Source: a virus
Taxonomy: Duplodnaviria > Caudoviricetes
Length of the DNA: 64,000 nucleotides
Reading direction: 5' to 3' (one strand)
Virus record (IMG/VR): IMGVR_UViG_3300028887_000078
Position numbers and translations under genes: made by a program. Below are positions 57,709 through 64,000 of the stretch, piece after piece. Under the pieces are notes generated by a model, which was given only the letters and a program-made list of their open reading frames with translations, searched no databases and was not told the DNA's origin. The number at the start of each line of letters is the position of its first letter. Within the stretch, counting starts at the first letter, position 1.

Positions 57709-58074
57709 TTATTTTATGTCGATTTGCGGCAGTTTCACATCATACACTTCAAATTCGTCCCTTACAATGTCATAAGTGCGGACATAGTCGCGTGCAATAC
57801 CCTTCAATGTGCCTTTGGTAATTAAGTTTCGTTCAAACTGTCTGTATGCGTTCAACAAGTTGTCCATTTTTGACGAGTGCAGCATCCACTCCACTGCATA
57901 TTGCACGGTTATCCGTTTCCGAACCCCGTCCTTCCTTACATATATCCACGCCTGACGGTACTCCTTCCTGCCGTTCGCTTTCCCGCCTGTAAGAAGTCCA
58001 TAGTCATCGAAAACGGTCAGGTCTTCAACATAGTCCGTAAGGTTCTTCAGATTATCGTTTTCCGTTATTCTCAT
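57709..58074 (-). CDS. MRISE-motif family protein (MRITEN)
   Basis: Motif; FEVYDV. Confidence 0.85.
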   Translation of the reverse strand: MRITENDNLKNLTDYVEDLTVFDDYGLLTGGKANGRKEYRQAWIYVRKDGVRKRITVQYAVEWMLHSSKMDNLLNAYRQFERNLITKGTLKGIARDYVRTYDIVRDEFEVYDVKLPQIDIK

Positions 58075-58089
58075 ATCCTGTTCGGTGTT

Positions 58090-58515
58090 TCAATTTTTGA
58101 TTATCGTGACGTCCGTGATGGCATTGTATTGTATGTCGAAAAAGTCGGCAAGACCGTTCGTGAACAGATAGAGCATATAGCGCTGCGCCCAATATGCCCT
58201 GTACGAAAGCGTGATGAACATATTGTCAGACACCACTTTTGAGATTCTGTCGCTTATGTAGCGACCGCTTTTGTCGTCCACGAAACGCACGACCACAATT
58301 CCGTGTTTTTCCTTGACGGGTCTGTTCATATCACCAACGACTATCTTGCGTATATGGATATGCACTTCGGAAAACGTGAGGTTCTCCTTCTTTGCGAACT
58401 CCTCCGCGAACCCGTCGCTTTCCCCAAGCAGTATGGCGAGGTCGTTGTATTCCCCGAACATCTCCAATCCTTCGCTCACGGACTTCATTATGTTGTCGCT
58501 TTCCGTTATCCGCAT
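58090..58515 (-). CDS. MRISE-motif family protein (MRITES)
   Basis: Motif. Confidence 0.85.
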   Translation of the reverse strand: MRITESDNIMKSVSEGLEMFGEYNDLAILLGESDGFAEEFAKKENLTFSEVHIHIRKIVVGDMNRPVKEKHGIVVVRFVDDKSGRYISDRISKVVSDNMFITLSYRAYWAQRYMLYLFTNGLADFFDIQYNAITDVTIIKN

Positions 58516-58937
58516 AATTCGTCCTCCTGTATTTCAACGTCGTAAATACGGAACTCATCAACGTTTTTCAACTGCGGCGTATGCTTCAACCAATGCCTGT
58601 AGTATCTCGTCGCGCAATATAGTACTTCCGTTATGGGTTTGCCTTTGTGATAGTCATACCAAGACAGCAGTCTGTTCATCGCGTGTGTCGCATAACTGTT
58701 GTGTCTTTCGGTCAGGAACTCAATCTCTATCCTTTTCCTGCCTCTGACCCGTCTGTTGCCCGACGTCATCGTGCATTCCCCGTAGAAAAACATTTTTCCG
58801 AATTTCAGATTGCTTTTGTCCACCCCATACAGTTGACTCAAATCGTCGCCGTACAGGAATTTCAGGTCATTGAACTTCCCGATGGTCTCTATGCCGTTTG
58901 CAAGACTTTTCAGATTGTCGCTTTCGGATATTCTCAT
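58506..58937 (-). CDS. MRISE-motif family protein (MRISES)
   Basis: ATG 58937. Confidence 0.85.
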   Translation of the reverse strand: MRISESDNLKSLANGIETIGKFNDLKFLYGDDLSQLYGVDKSNLKFGKMFFYGECTMTSGNRRVRGRKRIEIEFLTERHNSYATHAMNRLLSWYDYHKGKPITEVLYCATRYYRHWLKHTPQLKNVDEFRIYDVEIQEDELCG

Positions 58938-58939
58938 CG

Positions 58940-59338
58940 CTATATGATTTTCACGTCGGTAAGTTTCACAAGACTTGTCGCGATTGGGAAATTGGTGCAC
59001 CACATATAGGTGCGCACCGACATTTCAAGGTCTTTGTTTGTCACGACGTCAGGGTTTTTTTCATAACGCTCAAATACATTGTCGAGCGCGGCGGTCATCC
59101 ACCTACCGTTGTGGTTACGGACAAAGAACACCGTGTACCTGAACGGTACGGAATACCCGTCATCCCTTCCGCCCCGTGCAAGACCCCGTATTTCCAATAT
59201 GGAGGTGTCGAGTATTTCCATATATTCCTTGACCCGTTTGCGGTCGTTTCCGAGAAGGGGCGCTATGTCCCAATACTCATAGTGCAGGGTGTTGTCCCCG
59301 GCGATGTCCATTGTGGTTCTGTTTTCGCTTATTCTCAT
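58940..59338 (-). CDS. MRISE-motif family protein (MRISEN)
   Basis: Motif. Confidence 0.82.
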   Translation of the reverse strand: MRISENRTTMDIAGDNTLHYEYWDIAPLLGNDRKRVKEYMEILDTSILEIRGLARGGRDDGYSVPFRYTVFFVRNHNGRWMTAALDNVFERYEKNPDVVTNKDLEMSVRTYMWCTNFPIATSLVKLTDVKII

Positions 59339-59346
59339 TTTCCTGT

Positions 59347-59775
59347 CTATTCAAAGTTGAAGTCATACACGCAGAAGGACACTATGCCCTTGAAACTCAA
59401 ATCATACATCAGCATATTCCTGACATACAAATCCAACGCGTTCATCAATTTTGCATTGTTTTTGGAGTTTTCCTTTATGTATTCGTCATAGTTCCGTATG
59501 ACGTTTTCCATTGCCGTTGAAGTGAGCATCCCGAACTCGTTTATGAACTTGACCACGACCTTTCCCGTCGTCTGTCGCCGCACACCGCCCACCGTCTCGG
59601 TGCATTTGCCGTAGATTGTGAGTATGGAATAGCAGTCGCACAAACCAATACTCCTGTCGAATGCGTCCTCGTTGCTTTTTGTCACGCCGTGCAGGATGTG
59701 GCAGTCGTTCAGCACCGCGACGGTCTTCGGTTCTCCGAGCAGTTCCTTTGTGTTTTCGGATTCCGTGAGTCGCAT
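59347..59775 (-). CDS. MRISE-motif family protein (MRLTES)
   Basis: Motif. Confidence 0.85.
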   Translation of the reverse strand: MRLTESENTKELLGEPKTVAVLNDCHILHGVTKSNEDAFDRSIGLCDCYSILTIYGKCTETVGGVRRQTTGKVVVKFINEFGMLTSTAMENVIRNYDEYIKENSKNNAKLMNALDLYVRNMLMYDLSFKGIVSFCVYDFNFE

Positions 59776-59783
59776 ATCTTAAA

Positions 59784-60185
59784 TCAATTTTCAAGTGAAC
59801 TTCGCCATTCGCCCCGCTTTATGACACTTCTGACGCCTTTCGGCGCGGGTCTCCCATTTCTAACACGTTTCTTGAGTTTCGGCATCACCTTTCTTTTCAA
59901 CCATTCCTTGTAACCATCGCTCAAGTTTTCGTCACGGATGTCCTTTTCGGCGCTCTTCTTGTCGATAGTCCAAGTCCCGTCCGTCGGTTCGTCCCAATCC
60001 TCGCCTTTCGGAGGTTTGTATTCCACGACGTGCTCGTCGATTTCATCGGCGTCGTACTTGGCAAGCGCATTGCGGAGAATGTGGTTGTTTTTGTTGGAAA
60101 CACGGCGGCGCTTGTTTTTGTAGTATTTTGTGTTGTTGCCGCAGCAAACGCCCACCTTGACGTATTTTCTGTAACTCTTTGACAT
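59784..60185 (-). CDS. Basic hypothetical protein
   Basis: ATG 60185 MSKSYRKY... Confidence 0.65.
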   Translation of the reverse strand: MSKSYRKYVKVGVCCGNNTKYYKNKRRRVSNKNNHILRNALAKYDADEIDEHVVEYKPPKGEDWDEPTDGTWTIDKKSAEKDIRDENLSDGYKEWLKRKVMPKLKKRVRNGRPAPKGVRSVIKRGEWRSSLEN

Positions 60186-60202
60186 TGTTTTGCTGTTTAT
60201 GT

Positions 60203-60919
60203 TTATCTGTATTTCGCCGCCTGCTTGTGTATGCTTTTCGCATAGTCCCCAGTTTCCGAATACACATTGTCGAGCATATTCAGATACTCGTCGATTGAAG
60301 GTTTCCCGTTCCTGTCCCTGAACATCCATTTCTCCCACAGTATCCTGTCGATGACGCTCGTTTTCCAATTTTGGTATTCCGCATAGGGTTCCTTCTTGTT
60401 CCACCTGTTTATGTCGCACCGCAATTCCCTTTTTTCTGGTTTCTTCATCCCGAACAGGTTGTTGCACCGCTTCGCGACGTCGCTTTTGCCGCACCCCGAC
60501 TCCCTCACCGCCTGCATCATAATGATGTCAGGGTACCAAGGGTCGCACTCCTGTATGAACTTCCAAATGTTGTCGTGCGTGCATTTCTCGCATTTGGAGG
60601 AGCAGAACACTTCCGCGCAGATTACACTGAATTTGTCGCACCTGACGACCTCGTTGAGTTCGGATATGCAGGAATCGCATTTCCGTTCGGCAAGCGCAAC
60701 GCACATTTCCTTTTCCTCGTTCGCATTTGAAATCGCGACCGCGTTGCTGATTGACAATGCGCCCGTGATTATGGGTATTGCGAGCACGAGGACAAACACT
60801 GCCAACTTCAGGTACGGTATCCCGCCGACCCATCCGATGTTTTTCTCGTCAAGTTTGACCTTCTTCACTATCAGAAGGTCGCTCGCCCTCATCATATAGT
60901 ATTCGTTCGATTTTTTCAT
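60203..60919 (-). CDS. GH73 glucosaminidase-like peptidoglycan hydrolase with N-terminal TM anchor
   Basis: QAVRESG..S....NNLFGMK...YAEY..W..SV.D; TM LAVFVLVLAIPII. Confidence 0.82.
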   Translation of the reverse strand: MKKSNEYYMMRASDLLIVKKVKLDEKNIGWVGGIPYLKLAVFVLVLAIPIITGALSISNAVAISNANEEKEMCVALAERKCDSCISELNEVVRCDKFSVICAEVFCSSKCEKCTHDNIWKFIQECDPWYPDIIMMQAVRESGCGKSDVAKRCNNLFGMKKPEKRELRCDINRWNKKEPYAEYQNWKTSVIDRILWEKWMFRDRNGKPSIDEYLNMLDNVYSETGDYAKSIHKQAAKYR

Positions 60920-61051
60920 AGTTTTCTTTTATTGAATATAATGGAAAGAAAACAAACATTGTAACTTGTTGTTTCTGTTGGTGTTGTAGGAAAAATCTCA
61001 AAATTCTAATTATATCAGTAATATGCGGTGTCCGTTATGGATTTCAGGGGT

Positions 61052-61070
61052 GATATATCGCCGATATATT
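61052..61070. promoter_or_regulatory. GATATATC-N3-GATATATC box
   Basis: GATATATC GCC GATATATT, 3 nt before late promoter 61074. Confidence 0.7.
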
Positions 61071-61107
61071 TCTTATAAATATACTGATGAATAAATTGGA
61101 TTGGTCT

Positions 61108-61593
61108 ATGGCGAATATCAAATCTTATGAGGAATACAAGAGGGAGATTGGTCTCCAAAAGGAACGCATAGGTATGTCAGACACGTTGAGGGTCGAACTT
61201 CCGTTGTGTTATTTCGGTTGCCTGTTTGTCGGCGACACTGATTGGACTATATTGAACGACAACGACGGATATGTGTATGGAAAGGTAAACAAGCATTTCA
61301 GCGACAACGGTATGCCCCAAATCATCTGGGACATCGACATAAACAAAGGCGAGATAAAAGGTTGGAAGGGAAATGGGGTTTCGTTCTATTTCAAGGTTGT
61401 CGACAGAGGAATCTATTCCCTTTTGTCGGATGGCGTTGAGGTGAAGCGTGTTGAAAACGAATATGTACCCGACTTCTTGCAGATTGACGACGAGGGATAT
61501 GGCGACTATCTCTGTTTCACGGTTGATTCAAACGGACGCATCAAAGGTTGGAACAGGAAGTATGCCAACGCTGTGCTTTCGTTTTTCAAATAG
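61108..61593 (+). CDS. Protein with capsid-targeting-like N-terminus (MANIKSYEEY)
   Basis: Late promoter 61074; body G.IKGW...FKVVDRGIY...YVPDF...GYGDY. Confidence 0.75.
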   Translation: MANIKSYEEYKREIGLQKERIGMSDTLRVELPLCYFGCLFVGDTDWTILNDNDGYVYGKVNKHFSDNGMPQIIWDIDINKGEIKGWKGNGVSFYFKVVDRGIYSLLSDGVEVKRVENEYVPDFLQIDDEGYGDYLCFTVDSNGRIKGWNRKYANAVLSFFK

Positions 61594-61595
61594 TT

Positions 61596-62498
61596 TCAGG
61601 AAAGAAGTCTTTTGAGTTTCACTCTGAACTTGATTTGCGGGTGGAGTTTAATCCACTGCATATTCCCCATTTTTAGTTTTACAATGACAGACCTGTCGCT
61701 TCCCTGCTGTGCGGTTACATTGATTTTGTTTTCGCATCCTTTTGTGGACAATGAGTCTGTGGCATACTCGAACTTTGTGTTGTCGAACACCACAGGTTCG
61801 TTTTCAATGTAGATGTATTCTGTGAATATGGTGTAGTCCGACGGGTTTGCGGCGACTATCGCGTAGGTGTGGTTTTTGTGGTCGTTTGCGACGTGTATGC
61901 TCTTGGTCAGCGTGATTATGATTTCATTGCCGTTTCCATCTTTTTTCCACACTTCGTATTTTTTGTGCAGTTCCCCTTCGGTTCCTTCTTCAAGCACGGA
62001 CTTCAGCAGGTTCGAGAACCCTGTGTTCTGTGTGTTGGCGCTGAACAGTATGTTGCCGTTCACCGCGTTTGAGAAAGCAAAGACGCGCCCTATGGGTGTT
62101 TCATACCATTTTTCATCCTGTGTTATGTTTTGCATCGCGAGTGACTTCAGGTCGTTTGTGAACAGGTTGGTGTTGTCGTCCCCGTATTCTCCGAGCGACC
62201 AATCGCTCTCTATTTTCATTTCCCAATAGTCGCCGTCGTCAATTTCCTCCCATTCGCCTGTCTGTATGTCGTTGTATATGCCTTCCCTTGTGTTGCGTAT
62301 GAGTGCGAACGGTATGTAGTTGTAGAGGGTGGACTGCAACCATTGCAGTTGTTCCTCCCCGCTTCCTTCCCTGCATTCCGTATATTCATTTTTCCACTCT
62401 GTGCAGTCATAGGGACGGAAGGCAATGACGAGCGTGCATTTGAGCGTTTCGTCTGCATATTCGTATTTTACCTTGAAATCCGCGCTTGTCTTTTGCAT
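61596..62498 (-). CDS. Hypothetical protein downstream of fibre gene
   Basis: ORF track. Confidence 0.7.
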   Translation of the reverse strand: MQKTSADFKVKYEYADETLKCTLVIAFRPYDCTEWKNEYTECREGSGEEQLQWLQSTLYNYIPFALIRNTREGIYNDIQTGEWEEIDDGDYWEMKIESDWSLGEYGDDNTNLFTNDLKSLAMQNITQDEKWYETPIGRVFAFSNAVNGNILFSANTQNTGFSNLLKSVLEEGTEGELHKKYEVWKKDGNGNEIIITLTKSIHVANDHKNHTYAIVAANPSDYTIFTEYIYIENEPVVFDNTKFEYATDSLSTKGCENKINVTAQQGSDRSVIVKLKMGNMQWIKLHPQIKFRVKLKRLLS

Positions 62499-62512
62499 AT
62501 TTCAGAAATGGG

Positions 62513-64000
62513 TTATTGGTTGCTGATTACATCGAACGGCACATAGAGTTTCGCCGCTATGAGTATGTAGTTGCCCATAGTTGCGTCGAAGAAATCGTAA
62601 TGGACGCTCAAGTGCCTGTTGTATGCCGCGGGTTCGAGTGAGAGTGTGTTTCCGCTTATTGATATTTCCGACGGGAGGTTCTCGTCAACATAGATTATGA
62701 TGTTGTCATTCCACACTTCATAGAGAAGGTCTTCAAAGTTTATGGTAAACTCGTTATTCAAGGGTATGAATTGGTTGAGTGTGTCGCTTATCTTGCATTT
62801 GTCGCAACCGCATCCGCAGCCGCAACCGCCGCCACGTCCGCCTTCATAACCGCGTGGTCCCTGTATCCCCTGCAAGGCGGCGATGAACATATCAACTGTC
62901 CCCTGTATGCCTTGCACTGCCTGCGTGTATTCATACCATATATCGTATGTCGATTTGCCGATACCCCCCTGAACGCCCTGTAATCCTTGTATTCCCTCGA
63001 AACCCCGCACTCCTTGGAATCCTTGCAGACCGTTAAGCCCTGTCATACCCATTTGTCCTTGCAGACCCATTATGCCTTGAAGCCCGAACATTCCCTGAAT
63101 GCCCTGAAAGCCCTGTATGCCGATTTCGCCTTGTATGCCTTGAAGTCCGAACCCGTCGTTGCCCTGAATGCCCTGAACACCCTGTGAGCCTTCTGCGCCC
63201 TGAATGCCCTGAACACCCTGCGCGGCGTATTCACCAGGTATTCCCTGTTCACCCTGAATGCCTTGCAGACCGAAGTTACCCTGTACACCCTGCGTGCCCT
63301 GTGTGCCTTGATAAATGACGAAATGTTGGTTCGGGTCGTCGGGGTTTATCACCATCGCCTCACCCTTTACTCCTTGTATTCCGTTGTTTCCTTGAATGCC
63401 GCGTATTCCTTGCAGACCGATAATTCCCTGAATGCCTTGCAGACCGCAATCGCCCTGAAGTCCGTCAGTTCCCTGAACGCCTTGGAATATGTGGAACGAC
63501 TGTTCCGTGGACTGCACATACACGGTCGCCTCGCCGCTGACGCCCTGTATTCCCATTATTCCCTGCAATCCCCTGTCGCCGATTCCGCCTGCCCAACCTT
63601 GTGTGCCTCGGTTTCCCTGCACACCCTGTATGCCGCAGCATCCCTGAATGCCAGCAAGACCTTGCAGACCGTATCCGACCGCACCCTGCGAACCCTGCAT
63701 ACCGCGTTCGCCACGTTCTCCGTTTCCGCCTCTGTAACCCTGTATTCCCTGCAATCCCTGAATGCCGTTTGTCCCCTGCACACCCTGAACCGCGACACCT
63801 CCGCCGCCTGTCCCCTGCAAGGAGTTTCCGATTCCAATCCATCCGTCGTCGACGTCTGGCACTACTCCGTACAGGTAGTCGTTGGGCGATATGATTGGCG
63901 CAGGAACCATATTGTTCGGGTTGTAGTACATATACAATTCAAATGTGGGCGGAAGGGTCGACTCGTTGACAATGTAAACGATGTCCTGACTGTAGTAGTA
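62513..64000 (-). CDS. Collagen-like (G-X-Q) fibre protein (5'-partial)
   Basis: Long GIQGLQG runs; frame stays open from 63937 to the window end. Confidence 0.88.
   Translation of the reverse strand, partial: YYYSQDIVYIVNESTLPPTFELYMYYNPNNMVPAPIISPNDYLYGVVPDVDDGWIGIGNSLQGTGGGGVAVQGVQGTNGIQGLQGIQGYRGGNGERGERGMQGSQGAVGYGLQGLAGIQGCCGIQGVQGNRGTQGWAGGIGDRGLQGIMGIQGVSGEATVYVQSTEQSFHIFQGVQGTDGLQGDCGLQGIQGIIGLQGIRGIQGNNGIQGVKGEAMVINPDDPNQHFVIYQGTQGTQGVQGNFGLQGIQGEQGIPGEYAAQGVQGIQGAEGSQGVQGIQGNDGFGLQGIQGEIGIQGFQGIQGMFGLQGIMGLQGQMGMTGLNGLQGFQGVRGFEGIQGLQGVQGGIGKSTYDIWYEYTQAVQGIQGTVDMFIAALQGIQGPRGYEGGRGGGCGCGCGCDKCKISDTLNQFIPLNNEFTINFEDLLYEVWNDNIIIYVDENLPSEISISGNTLSLEPAAYNRHLSVHYDFFDATMGNYILIAAKLYVPFDVISNQ

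Noticed and set aside
46348-59775. Integron-like cassette array explaining the MRISE genes
   Set aside because: Genes overlap or are a few nt apart, leaving no attC-like sites; no integrase is present; the shared start varies synonymously.
1-64000. TAG-to-Gln recoding as in Lak or some crAss-like phages
   Set aside because: Genes end cleanly at TAG (12084, 22493, 32999), core genes are intact in code 11, and the very Gln-rich collagen gene has no in-frame TAG.
1-64000. Global TGA reassignment
   Set aside because: TGA is the functional stop in many ATGA overlaps and directly before the tRNA at 1651.

Overview
This 64-kb window is a fragment of a large T4-like (myoviral, jumbo-type) phage genome read in the standard code. 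It carries gp15, gp13, gp4, gp26/gp51-like virion genes, gp32 SSB, UvsW, an RNA ligase, GroES, an S1-domain protein, IMPDH/GMP reductase, thymidine kinase, a TROVE/vWA protein, a GH73 hydrolase, a collagen-like fibre and two tRNA-Arg genes. A-rich starts without Shine-Dalgarno sequences and a small lipoprotein suggest a Bacteroidota host (inference). Four recurrent signals organise the window. (1) About 47 mostly 100-220 aa genes in tight tandem arrays share an N-terminal peptide M-[RK]-[IL]-[ST]-[ED]-[STN] or MISD[NS]; it is conserved at protein level and also heads unrelated DUF285 proteins. (2) Eight coding regions share a different N-terminus, M-x-[HYKN]-I-[KM]-x-[IMVY]-x-E-[MFLY], resembling the T4 capsid-targeting sequence, nearly all behind TATAAATA late promoters. 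(3) Three AT-rich, transposase-less cassettes are bounded by 24-25 bp inverted repeats (CGGAATT...CTTGT); one retains an IS1595 transposase C-terminal stub, and their cargoes are late or putative capsid-targeted genes. (4) A 19-bp double palindrome GATATATC-N3-GATATATC occurs about 10 times beside promoters. Also seen: an orphan TnpB right end/omega-RNA, a tRNA(CCU) with a long variable arm, in-frame TGA interruptions and apparent GATC/CATG/CTAG avoidance. All homology calls come from motif recognition by eye, not database searches.
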